Assembly (NCBI GenBank): GCA_963710105.1
Contig: CAVPYV010000001.1
Coordinates: 1,039,032 to 1,103,031, forward strand
Origin: an uncultured Chloroflexia bacterium
GTDB lineage: Bacteria > Chloroflexota > Limnocylindria > Limnocylindrales > CSP1-4
DNA length: 64,000 nucleotides
Reading direction: 5' to 3'
Position 1 is the stretch's first letter; each line of letters opens with the position of its first letter. Shown in pieces: positions 24,422 through 32,760 of this stretch. The notes beneath the pieces were generated by a model, which made no database searches, was not told where the DNA came from, and was given only the letters and a program-made list of their open reading frames with translations. The translations under genes and the position numbers were made by a program.

Positions 24422-25623
24422 GCGGGGACGCTGGCCGGGCCCGGCGCGGGCGTCGCGGCCGAGCCCGGGACCTCGAGGGCGAGGGCCGCGGCCTGGGCAG
24501 CGCCGACGGCGTGACCCGGCTCGAGCGCCCGACCCTCCTCGAGGGCGACCCGCTCGAGCACCGCGATCACGTCGAGGATGTCCTCGACCGTGACCGAGCC
24601 GAGATGGCCGAGCCGGAAGATCTTGTTCGTGAGCTTGCCCTGGCCCCCGGCGAGGATGACCCCGTGGCCCTTGATCCGGGTGTTGAACTGCTTCCAGTCC
24701 TGGCCCTCGGCGAGCCACGCCGCGGTGACCGTCTGGGAGGCGAACGCCGGGTCGGCGAGGAGCTCGAAGCCCAGGGCGCTGAGCCCGGCCCTGGCCGCCG
24801 CGGCGCACGCGGCGTGACGGGCGAACACGTTCTCCTTGCCCTCCGCATGCATGAGGCGCAGCCCCTCGTCGACCTGGAAGACGACCCCGATCGCCGGCGT
24901 GAACGGCGTCTGGCCGGTCCTGGCCGACTCGCGGTGGCTGCGGAGGTCGAGATAGAAGCGCGGCATCGTCGCCGTCTCGATCGCGGCCCAGCCGCGCTCC
25001 GACGCGGCGATCATCGCCAGCCCGGGGGCGGCCATCCACGCCTTCTGGGAGCCGGTGACGACGAGGTCGACGCCCCACGCGTCCATCTCGAACGGGACGG
25101 CCCCAAGGCCGGACACGCTGTCGACGAGGATCAGGCTGTCGGGCGCTGCCTCGCGGATCGTCGCGGCGAGCTCCTCGATGGGGTTCATCACCCCGGTCGA
25201 GGTCTCGTTGTGGGTGAGCAGGACGGCCCGGTAGCCGGGGTTGGCCCGGAGCGCCTCGCGGACGACGTCCGGATCGGCGGCCCGGCCCCACTCGACCTCG
25301 ACCTTCGTGACCTGGGCGCCGTAGACGCCGGCGATCTTCGCGAACCGGTCGCCGAAGCTGCCGATCGTGACCGCGAGGACCCGGTCGCCGGGGGACAGGC
25401 TGTTGACGATCGCCGCCTCGAGTCCGCCGGATCCGGCGCAGGTCAGGACGGCCACGTCGTTCGTCGTCCCGAAGAACGGCTTCATCCCGTCGAGGATCCG
25501 GCCGAGCATCGCCGCGAACTCCGGACCGCGATGGTTGATCATCTGGCGACCGCCGGCCTCGCGGACGGTCGGCGGCAGGACGGTCGGGCCGGGGATCCGG
25601 AGGTTGGGTTCGAAACGGTCCAC
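24418..25623 (-). CDS. Class V aminotransferase (serine-glyoxylate/AGXT-like); probable phosphoserine aminotransferase by context
   Basis: 401-aa ORF with a GTG start 5 nt after GAGGAG. The PLP-lysine context is VTGSQKAWMAAPG. It is translationally coupled to serA. Confidence 0.8.
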   Translation of the reverse strand: MDRFEPNLRIPGPTVLPPTVREAGGRQMINHRGPEFAAMLGRILDGMKPFFGTTNDVAVLTCAGSGGLEAAIVNSLSPGDRVLAVTIGSFGDRFAKIAGVYGAQVTKVEVEWGRAADPDVVREALRANPGYRAVLLTHNETSTGVMNPIEELAATIREAAPDSLILVDSVSGLGAVPFEMDAWGVDLVVTGSQKAWMAAPGLAMIAASERGWAAIETATMPRFYLDLRSHRESARTGQTPFTPAIGVVFQVDEGLRLMHAEGKENVFARHAACAAAARAGLSALGFELLADPAFASQTVTAAWLAEGQDWKQFNTRIKGHGVILAGGQGKLTNKIFRLGHLGSVTVEDILDVIAVLERVALEEGRALEPGHAVGAAQAAALALEVPGSAATPAPGPASVPA

Positions 25624-25740
25624 TGGGTCTCCTCGGGGCGCGGTGGGGCGATCCGGGTGCGATCGATGACGGCCCCACGATGGTCGCAGAAGCGCCGCGT
25701 TCGTGCCAGCCGGGCGGGCCCGGGGGCGTGGTGGACCGGA

Positions 25741-25760
25741 CGGCGCCGCCCGGCGCCGCC
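25741..25760. repeat. Tandem 10-mer (cggcgccgcc x2)
   Basis: Exact direct duplication, read directly from the sequence. Confidence 0.8.
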
Positions 25761-25795
25761 CGGTCAGATGCGATCGGCGCCGACCGTCTCCTCGG

Positions 25796-25836
25796 CCGGT
25801 CCGCGCCGAACGCCGGTCCGCGCCGAACGCCGGTCA
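25796..25836. repeat. Tandem 17-mer ccggtccgcgccgaacg x2.4, abutting the stop codon of the 25834 gene
   Basis: Copies at 25796-25812 and 25813-25829 are identical. A partial third copy ccggtca (25830-25836) contains the minus-strand stop codon at 25834-25836. Confidence 0.8.
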
Positions 25837-26295
25837 GAAGCCGGTCACCGCGAACCATCGCTCGGCCCCGGTCGGCAGGACGCCGACGAAGAACACGGCG
25901 GGGGCCAGGCAGGGGCTGGGCAGCTGGACCGTCGTCGAGACCTCCGCGTCGCCGGCCGCGGAGAAGGGCACGATCGGCGAGCTGGCGGCCGGGACGGATC
26001 CGCAGGTGACGACGGCCCGGCCATTGGCGATCGGGTTCGTGTGGGTCGTCGCGAGGACGAGCCCCTCGACCTCGACGCGGAGCCGGCCGTCGGCGAAGAG
26101 CTTGGCGTTGCCCTGATCGAGGACCCACGGCACGCCGCCGCCGATCAGGCCGTCGAGGGTGAGGCCGGCGGTCGGGATCCCGGCCAGGCGGGCGTCGAGG
26201 ACCTTCGGGCCGCCGGCGGCGGTCGAGGCGACGTTGCCGATCGCCAGGGCGGCGAGGACGACGAGGGCGAGGCCGAGGCGCAGGGGACGATGCAT
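25834..26295 (-). CDS. Secreted hypothetical protein (153 aa, signal peptide)
   Basis: The ATG at 26295 follows AAGGAG. The N-terminus is MHRPLRLGLALVVLAALAIGNVASTAAG, followed by a beta-rich-looking sequence with two Cys. Confidence 0.6.
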   Translation of the reverse strand: MHRPLRLGLALVVLAALAIGNVASTAAGGPKVLDARLAGIPTAGLTLDGLIGGGVPWVLDQGNAKLFADGRLRVEVEGLVLATTHTNPIANGRAVVTCGSVPAASSPIVPFSAAGDAEVSTTVQLPSPCLAPAVFFVGVLPTGAERWFAVTGF

Positions 26296-26415
26296 GCGAG
26301 GGTCTCCTTGGGGTGACATCCGACGAAGCCCGGTACGATCAGCCGGGCCCGGGCGGTTTCCGCCGGGCGTCGCAGGTCGACGGCCTCGATCGTCAACCCC
26401 CGTCACCCCAGTCGC

Positions 26416-27399
26416 ATGGAGCGCCTTCGCTTGGACATCCAGCGCCGCCGCGTCAAGCCGGCGTACCCCCGGCTCCGGATCGGGGACGATCGCAGCCGTG
26501 GCCGGCGGATCCTCGTGGCGGTCCTCGCGATCGCCCTTGGCGCCGGGCTCCTCGGCGCAGCCGCCATCGCGACCGACACGCTGGGCGCCGGCCGCCTGTA
26601 CGAGCGGTTCATCGCCAAGGTCGACCGGTTCCTGGCCGGACCGCCGCCTGACCGGGCCACGGTCCCGACCGTCGTCGTCACGCCCCGGCCGGTCTCGCCC
26701 TCGCCGTCGCCGACCCCGACGCTCCCGCCCCCCGCCAGCGGCGAGCCGCCCGCCACGCCGGCTCCGACCCCGACGCCGATTCCCCGCGTCGCCGTCGACG
26801 TCGACATCGTCCAGGACCACGAAGCCGTCTTCGCCCACGAGCTCCGCGACGACTGGTGCGCCCCGGCCGGGGTCACGATGGTGCTGGCCGTCCTCGGCAA
26901 GGGCGCCCCGACCGACGCCCGCGAGACCGAGATCGCCAAGCGCGTCCGGGAGTGGGAGAGCTACAGCGACAGCCACAACGGCGAGTGGGGGCCGGCGGCG
27001 ATGGCCCTCGCCCTCGACGCCTACGGAGCGCCCGGCTACGCCGTGAAGGCGTACGAGACCCGGGCCGACGCGCTGCGGGGCGCCGCCCACGCGATCTCGT
27101 CGACCCACTCGCCGGCGATCCTCCTCGCCTGGCGCGGCGCCCACACGTGGGTGATGACGGGCTACCGAGCGACCGCCGACCCGCTCGTGTTCGACGACGC
27201 GAAGGTGACCGGGACCTACATCCTCGATCCGTGGTTTCCCTGGAACTCATCCATCTGGGGCCAGTCGGATCCGCCCGGCACCTTCCAGAACACGTCCGAA
27301 ATGAACCGCAACTTCCTGCCGTGGAAGCGACCCGAGGGCCACTATCCCGGTCGCGACGGCAACTTCATCGTCGTCGAGCCGACGATCCCGCGCGGCTGA
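26416..27399 (+). CDS. Membrane-anchored protein with a papain-fold (peptidase C39-like) domain
   Basis: 327-aa ORF with a TM anchor (ILVAVLAIALGAGLLGAAAIA), a Pro/Thr/Ser linker, and then candidate catalytic Cys (DDWCAPAGVTMVLAVLG) and His (GAHTWVMTGY) motifs. Confidence 0.55.
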   Translation: MERLRLDIQRRRVKPAYPRLRIGDDRSRGRRILVAVLAIALGAGLLGAAAIATDTLGAGRLYERFIAKVDRFLAGPPPDRATVPTVVVTPRPVSPSPSPTPTLPPPASGEPPATPAPTPTPIPRVAVDVDIVQDHEAVFAHELRDDWCAPAGVTMVLAVLGKGAPTDARETEIAKRVREWESYSDSHNGEWGPAAMALALDAYGAPGYAVKAYETRADALRGAAHAISSTHSPAILLAWRGAHTWVMTGYRATADPLVFDDAKVTGTYILDPWFPWNSSIWGQSDPPGTFQNTSEMNRNFLPWKRPEGHYPGRDGNFIVVEPTIPRG

Positions 27400-27413
27400 G
27401 GCCGCTCGCCGGG

Positions 27414-28793
27414 TCAGCTCGGGCGGTCGTCCCCCCTGGATTCGGCCGCCACGCGGGCCGGCCCATCGATCTCGATCCGGCGCAGCCGCGGCGCCAGGAA
27501 GACCGTCAGCAGCGCGACCTTCACCAGCCCACCGGCGGCCGCCGCGAGCGGGATCGCGACGATCCCGACCGGTCCCGCCAGGGCGGACCCGACCGCGATG
27601 ATCGTGCCGAACCCGGCGATCGAGGCGACGACCTGGAGGATCGTGTTGTGCGTCGCATAGAGCGCGCGTGACAGGGGATAGGAGAGGCTGTCGAGGGGGA
27701 TCGACAGGGCGTACGCGGTGAGGACGGTCGCGGTCCGGTCGACGTCGCCGGGCCCGAAGGCGCCACCGCCGAGCAGCACCTCGACGAGGGGATGGGCGAC
27801 GATCGCGAGGGCGGCGGCGGCGAGGACGGTCAGGCCGCCGATCGTCACGAGGTTCCGGGCGAGGACCCGCCGGAACGCATCGCCGTCGCCGGCCGCCCAG
27901 GCCGCGGCGAGGGTCGGGAAGACCGCCAGCGAGAAGGACACGCCGATCAGGCTGACGGGCACGACCTGGTAGTCCGAGGCGAAGTTGAAGGACGTCACCG
28001 CGCCGACGCCGATCGACGCGGCGAGGTTCGTGAAGTAGGTCAGCATCAGCGGGTCGATCGGGTGGCTGACCATCCGCGGCAGCATCAGCCGGGCGAACTC
28101 GCGGAAGGCCGGGGTCCGGATCGCGAGCCGGGGCCGGATCCGGAACGGCGTGCGGAACAGCCCGACCGCCCGGATCGCCAGGTGGGCGACCGCCCCGACG
28201 ACCGCGCCGAGCGCGGTCGCGTGGATCCCGTAGCGGTGCCCGAACAGGACCGTCCCGACGACGATGCCGCCCGTGTAGAGGATCGGAGCCAGGGCGTAGA
28301 ACAGGAACCGCTGGTGGGCGACGAGGACCTCGCCGATCGCGATCGACGCGGCGAACAGGACCGGGGTCACGCACATCAGCCGGAAGAGGTCGACGTACAG
28401 CTCGCGCGTGGCGGCATCGAACGACGGCGCGACGATCTCGACGGTCGCCGGCGCCACCACGAACAAGCCCAGGATCACGACGGACATCACGAGCACCGCC
28501 ACCGTCAGCACGGTCCGGGCGAAGTCGTGGGCGGCGGCCTCGTCCCGCCGGCGGAGCCCGTTGAAGATCGGCACGAAGGGGGCCGTCAGGCCGGCCGCGA
28601 CGAGCACGTCGAGCGCGATCTCCGGGATCTTGAAGGCCGCGTTGTAGGCGTCGAGCTCGGGGCCGGCGCCGAACGTCGAGGCGAGCGCCTTGTTGCGGAC
28701 CACGCCCATCGCGAAGTAGCCGAGGGACAGGATCGAGAGGATGAGGGCGCCGCGCGGGAACACCCGGTCGACGAGGCGGCGCAGCAGCGTCAT
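27414..28793 (-). CDS. murJ: Lipid II flippase MurJ (MviN family)
   Basis: This is track ORF 27414..29564 trimmed to MTLLRRLV at 28793. The pattern NKALASTFGAGPELDAYNAAFKIPE is typical of MurJ, and there are about 12-14 TM helices. Confidence 0.85.
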   Translation of the reverse strand: MTLLRRLVDRVFPRGALILSILSLGYFAMGVVRNKALASTFGAGPELDAYNAAFKIPEIALDVLVAAGLTAPFVPIFNGLRRRDEAAAHDFARTVLTVAVLVMSVVILGLFVVAPATVEIVAPSFDAATRELYVDLFRLMCVTPVLFAASIAIGEVLVAHQRFLFYALAPILYTGGIVVGTVLFGHRYGIHATALGAVVGAVAHLAIRAVGLFRTPFRIRPRLAIRTPAFREFARLMLPRMVSHPIDPLMLTYFTNLAASIGVGAVTSFNFASDYQVVPVSLIGVSFSLAVFPTLAAAWAAGDGDAFRRVLARNLVTIGGLTVLAAAALAIVAHPLVEVLLGGGAFGPGDVDRTATVLTAYALSIPLDSLSYPLSRALYATHNTILQVVASIAGFGTIIAVGSALAGPVGIVAIPLAAAAGGLVKVALLTVFLAPRLRRIEIDGPARVAAESRGDDRPS

Positions 28794-28803
28794 GCGGGCG
28801 TGG

Positions 28804-28830
28804 TCATGCGGGCGGCGTCCGGACCGGCAT
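28804..28830 (-). other. Candidate 8-codon upstream ORF (MPVRTPPA) with a strong SD ahead of murJ
   Basis: The minus strand reads TACCAT(28853-28848)-cgagggc-AGGAGG(28840-28835)-aacg-ATG CCG GTC CGG ACG CCG CCC GCA TGA. The uORF stop is 10 nt before the murJ ATG, which has no SD of its own. Confidence 0.25.
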
Positions 28831-28939
28831 CGTTCCTCCTGCCCTCGATGGTACGAGGACAGACGCCGCCGGAACGGGTCGTGCGACGGGCGATCGGCGA
28901 CGGCGAGCGGCCCGGGTGGACCGCCGGCGCCGCGGGAGA

Positions 28940-29818
28940 TCAGGCCGGCCGATCGGGAGGCTGGTGGCCGTCCAGGCCGTAGACCCGTGCGGCCGTCTCG
29001 CCCAGGATCGCGCGCCGCTCCGCGGTCGTCAGGTCGGCGACCGCGTCGATCGCGGCGCCGACCACCTCGCCGTAGGTGCTGAACATCCGGCAGACCGGCC
29101 AGTCGCTGCCGAACAGCAGGCGGTCCGGTCCGAAGGCCTCGAGGGCGACATCGATCGACGGGCGCAGCTCCGCGCGGGTCCAGCCCGGTCCGGCGGCCGT
29201 GTCGAGGCCGGACAGCTTCGCCACGACGTTCGGCCGGCGCGCCGCCTCCTCGAGCCCCGCCCGCCACGCGTCCCAGCCGTCGCCTCGGATCGGCGGATTG
29301 GCCAGGTGATCGATGACGAGGGTCAGGTTCGGATGGCGGTCGGCGATCGTCGGGACGTGGCCCAGGTGATCGGGAAAGACCGCAACGACGTCGAAGGCCA
29401 GGCCGCGGCGCGCAAGGAGCTCGAGGCCCGGCTGGATCCGTGGATTGACGAGCCAGTCCGGGTCGGCCTCGTGATGGATGAGATGGCGGACGCCGCGCAA
29501 CGGTGCCTCCGACCAGGCGGCGAGGGCGGCCTCGGCGCGAGCGACGTCCTCCAGGGGCACCCATCCCACGACCCCGGCGATCCAGGGATTGGCGGCGGCG
29601 GCCGCCAGCATCGAGTCGGTGTCGTCGAGGGTGTCGACGGCCTGGACCACGATGGTCCGATCGATCCCCGACGCCCTGAGCTCCGGTTCGAGGTCCGACG
29701 GCCGGAACGTCCGATGGATCGCCGCCTCGGCCGGCGTCGGCCAGTCGTACCGGCCGCTCTCGATGTCCCAGAAGTGCTGATGGGCGTCGATCCGGGCTGG
29801 CTCCGCGGCGTCCGTCAC
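28940..29818 (-). CDS. Amidohydrolase_2-family sugar lactonase (L-fucono-1,5-lactonase-like)
   Basis: 292-aa ORF with a GTG start overlapping the GntR stop (GTGA). It has the N-terminal IDAHQHFW motif, HLIHHE, VIDHLANPP and LFGSDWPV. Confidence 0.75.
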   Translation of the reverse strand: MTDAAEPARIDAHQHFWDIESGRYDWPTPAEAAIHRTFRPSDLEPELRASGIDRTIVVQAVDTLDDTDSMLAAAAANPWIAGVVGWVPLEDVARAEAALAAWSEAPLRGVRHLIHHEADPDWLVNPRIQPGLELLARRGLAFDVVAVFPDHLGHVPTIADRHPNLTLVIDHLANPPIRGDGWDAWRAGLEEAARRPNVVAKLSGLDTAAGPGWTRAELRPSIDVALEAFGPDRLLFGSDWPVCRMFSTYGEVVGAAIDAVADLTTAERRAILGETAARVYGLDGHQPPDRPA

Positions 29819-30582
29819 CGCTTGGCGGCGCGGGCCGGGGATTGGCCGCCGGTGCGCGGTGCGCGGCCTCCCTCCAGCGGCCCGGCAGATCGCGGCCGGA
29901 CGTCCCGGAGGGCGCGCCGGAACCAGGCCTCGGTCGTGGCGACGTGGACGAGCGCCGCCGCCTCCGCCCGGGACACGTCGCGATCCTCGAGCGCGCGGAG
30001 GATGTCCTGGTGCTGGACGATCGTCCGGGCGGCCGCGCCCTCCTCCATCAGGCCGCGCCAGGCCCGCGTCCGGATCGTCCGGCTGGAGACGGCGTTCAGC
30101 ATCGAGGCGAGGGTCTCGTTGCCCGACGCGGCTGCAACGAGACGGTGGAATGCCGCGTCGTGCTGGATCCGCTCGGCCTCCGACGACGCGGTCTGCATTC
30201 GCTCGAGGCAGACCGCGAGCTCGGCCAGGGTGCGCTCGTCGATCCGAGCCGCGGCGAGCGCCGTGGCCGCCGGCTCGAGGATCCGGCGGACGGCGATGAG
30301 CTCGAGCGAGAAGCCTTCCTGCATCAGCTCGACGGCCGCGCCGATCCCCTCCAGGAGCAGCTCCGGGCGGAGGCTCGTCACGAACGTCCCGTCGCCGCGC
30401 CGAACGTCGAGGACACGCGCCGTGACGAGGGCCCGGACCGCCTCGCGGACGGTGTTGCGGCTGGCGCCGAGCTCGGCGGCGAGCTCCGCCTCCGGCGGCA
30501 GGCGCGACGCGGGTTCCAGGTCGCCGGAGGAGATCATCTCCCGGATCCGGGCGATGACGGCTTCGGTGAGCGGTGCGGTCAT
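29815..30582 (-). CDS. GntR/FadR-family transcriptional regulator (winged HTH + FCD domain)
   Basis: 255-aa ORF with LPPEAELAAELGASRNTVREAVRALVTARVLDVRRGDGTFV, followed by an all-helical C-domain. Confidence 0.85.
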   Translation of the reverse strand: MTAPLTEAVIARIREMISSGDLEPASRLPPEAELAAELGASRNTVREAVRALVTARVLDVRRGDGTFVTSLRPELLLEGIGAAVELMQEGFSLELIAVRRILEPAATALAAARIDERTLAELAVCLERMQTASSEAERIQHDAAFHRLVAAASGNETLASMLNAVSSRTIRTRAWRGLMEEGAAARTIVQHQDILRALEDRDVSRAEAAALVHVATTEAWFRRALRDVRPRSAGPLEGGRAPRTGGQSPARAAKR

Positions 30583-30632
30583 CGTCCGCCCCCGACCCGA
30601 TTGATCACGCGAATCACGTGCGCACTACCTAC

Positions 30633-30662
30633 TAGACATTGGATGTCTGGACCGAATAGGAT
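30633..30662 (+). promoter_or_regulatory. Promoter TAGACA-N18-TAGGAT for the ABC/fuconate operon
   Basis: TAGACA is at 30633-30638 and TAGGAT at 30657-30662. This is the lowest-GC stretch of the window. Confidence 0.4.
30634..30648. promoter_or_regulatory. Candidate GntR operator: perfect palindrome AGACAT-tgg-ATGTCT
   Basis: The arms at 30634-30639 and 30643-30648 are exact reverse complements. The site lies in the divergent gntR/ABC intergenic region and overlaps the -35 above. A further TAGACAT half-site is at 30697-30703. Confidence 0.5.
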
Positions 30663-30733
30663 GCCGAAATGATCCATGACCGACCTGCGAAGGGTGTAGA
30701 CATCGGGTCCATCATGGCCGATGCGCGGCCGGG

Positions 30734-31864
30734 ATGCAACGGTCGCGGCGTGTCAGCCGGCCGGTCGGGCGGGTGACGGATCCGATGGAAAGCCGCCCGA
30801 TCGAGGTGCCGGCGCGGGCCGAGCCCGGGCCCGCGATCGCCGACGACCGCCACCGTTCGGTCGGCTCGGCTGATCGATTCGGGGCGCTCCGGATCGCCCT
30901 CGCCGCCCTGCGGGCCGGGCCCGTCCTGATCCTGCTGCTCCTGATCGTCGGCCTCAGCCTCCTCTCGCCCGTCTTCATGACCACCCGAAACGCCGGAAAC
31001 GTGCTTGCCCAGACGGCGGTGATCGCGATCCTCGCGATCGGCCAGCTCCTCGTCCTCCTGACCCGCGGGATCGACCTCTCGGTCGGGTCGACGCTGGCCC
31101 TGTCGTCGGTCGTCGGCGGCCTCGCGTTCGGCGCGGGCGCGGACGGCCTGCTGGTGGTCGCCGCGATCGTCGCGACCGGCGTGGCGGTCGGGCTGGTCAA
31201 CGGTGTCGTCTTCGTGAAGGGCCGATTGCCGCACCCGTTCATCATCACCCTCGCCACGCTGAGCATCGCCCGGGGCCTCGCCCTGTGGCTGTCGGGCGGT
31301 CAGCCGAGCCAGGGGATGCCCGACGTCGTCAAGACGGTCGGCGGCGCCCTGAGCGGTGCGATCTCGTGGCTGCCCAACTCGTCGTTCGTCGTCTTCGCGC
31401 TGGCCGCGATCGTCGCCGTGTTCCTGAGCCGGATCGTCTGGGGCCGCTGGATCTACGCCGTCGGAGGCAACCCGGAGGCCGCCCGTCGAACGGGCATCCC
31501 GGTCGACGCGGTGACGATCTCGGTCTACGTCCTGAGCGGGCTGGCCGCCGGCATCGCCGGCGTGATCACGTCCGGCCGGTTGAACGGCGCCTCGCCGACG
31601 TTCGGCCAGCTCGCCGAGCTCGACTCGATCGCGGCGGTCGTCATCGGCGGGGCGAGCTTCCTCGGCGGTCGCGGCAACGTCGGCAACGCCCTCGTCGGCG
31701 CCCTGATGATCGGCGTGATCCGGAACGGGATGAACCTGCTCAACGTGGACGCGTTCCTGCAGCCGATCGTCATCGGCGTCGTCATCGTCCTCGCCGTCGA
31801 GTCGGACGTCCTCCGGAGCCACCTCGAGGCGCGCTTCCGGGTCCTCGAGGCATCCCGGTCGTGA
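30734..31864 (+). CDS. CUT2-type (RbsC-like) sugar ABC transporter permease; start uncertain (30734 or ATG 30785)
   Basis: 376-aa ORF containing NAGNVLAQTAVIAILAIGQLLVLLTRGIDLSVGS and GGASFLGGRGNVGNALVGALMIGVIRNGMNLL. The first ~50 codons have weaker GC3. Confidence 0.85.
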   Translation: MQRSRRVSRPVGRVTDPMESRPIEVPARAEPGPAIADDRHRSVGSADRFGALRIALAALRAGPVLILLLLIVGLSLLSPVFMTTRNAGNVLAQTAVIAILAIGQLLVLLTRGIDLSVGSTLALSSVVGGLAFGAGADGLLVVAAIVATGVAVGLVNGVVFVKGRLPHPFIITLATLSIARGLALWLSGGQPSQGMPDVVKTVGGALSGAISWLPNSSFVVFALAAIVAVFLSRIVWGRWIYAVGGNPEAARRTGIPVDAVTISVYVLSGLAAGIAGVITSGRLNGASPTFGQLAELDSIAAVVIGGASFLGGRGNVGNALVGALMIGVIRNGMNLLNVDAFLQPIVIGVVIVLAVESDVLRSHLEARFRVLEASRS

Positions 31865-32673
31865 CCGGCCCGTCGACGGTCGCGACGGCTGCCGCCCCGG
31901 CGACGGCGTCCGCCCCGGCCGGCTCGTTCCCGACCCTGGCGGTGCGGGGCGCGACGAAGTACTTCGGCGCGGTCGTCGCCATCGATCGGATCGACCTCGA
32001 GGTCCGGCGCGGGGAGATCCTGGCCATCCTCGGCGACAACGGCGCCGGGAAGTCCACCCTGATCAAGTGCATGAGCGGCGTCCACCGTCTCGACGCCGGA
32101 ACGATCGAGATGGACGGGGCCGTCGTCGACATCCACTCGCCGGCCGAGGCCCGGGCGCGCGGCATCGAGACCGTCTACCAGGACCTCGCCCTCTTCGACA
32201 ACCTCGACCCGGCGGCGAACTTCTACGCCGGCCGCGAGCTCGCCCGCTGGTCCTTCCTGCCGCGGGGCCTCCGCCCCCTGCGCCGGAAGGAGATGGCGGC
32301 CGCGACCGACGGCCTCCTGGACCGCCTCCAGGTCAGCCTCGCGAACCCGCGGGCGGCCGTCGGCCTGATGTCGGGCGGCCAGCGCCAGGCGATCGCCGTG
32401 GCCCGGGCGGCCGCGTTCGCGTCGCGGGTCGTGATCCTCGACGAGCCAACCGCCGCGCTGGGCGTCCGCGAGGCGCGCCGCGTGCTCGACCTGATCGTTC
32501 GCCTGCGCGAGGCCGATCACGCCGTCGTGGTCATCTCGCATGCGATGGACCACGTCGTCGAGGTCGCGGACCGGGCGGTGGTCATGCGTCGCGGCCGGAT
32601 CGTCGGCGAGGTCGGGGAGCTCCGCAACAACCAGCAGCGGATCGTGTCGCTGATCGTCGGAGGTGAAGGTTGA
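31861..32673 (+). CDS. Sugar ABC transporter ATP-binding protein (single NBD)
   Basis: The GTG at 31861 overlaps the permease stop (GTGA). Motifs: Walker [10 protein letters not shown], signature MSGGQRQ, Walker B VVILDEPTAAL. Confidence 0.9.
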   Translation: MTGPSTVATAAAPATASAPAGSFPTLAVRGATKYFGAVVAIDRIDLEVRRGEILAILGDNGAGKSTLIKCMSGVHRLDAGTIEMDGAVVDIHSPAEARARGIETVYQDLALFDNLDPAANFYAGRELARWSFLPRGLRPLRRKEMAAATDGLLDRLQVSLANPRAAVGLMSGGQRQAIAVARAAAFASRVVILDEPTAALGVREARRVLDLIVRLREADHAVVVISHAMDHVVEVADRAVVMRRGRIVGEVGELRNNQQRIVSLIVGGEG

Positions 32674-32760
32674 GGCGATGACGGTCAGGCCAGCGGCCCG
32701 CCAACCGGCCGACGGAGCGCAGGAACGCTCCGGCCATCACCCGGCACACGAGGGAAATCG

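Noticed and set aside
25796-25836. Possible mini-CRISPR or other spaced-repeat array
   Set aside because: There are only 2.4 directly abutting copies of a 17-mer, with no spacers and no cas genes. It is a simple tandem duplication.
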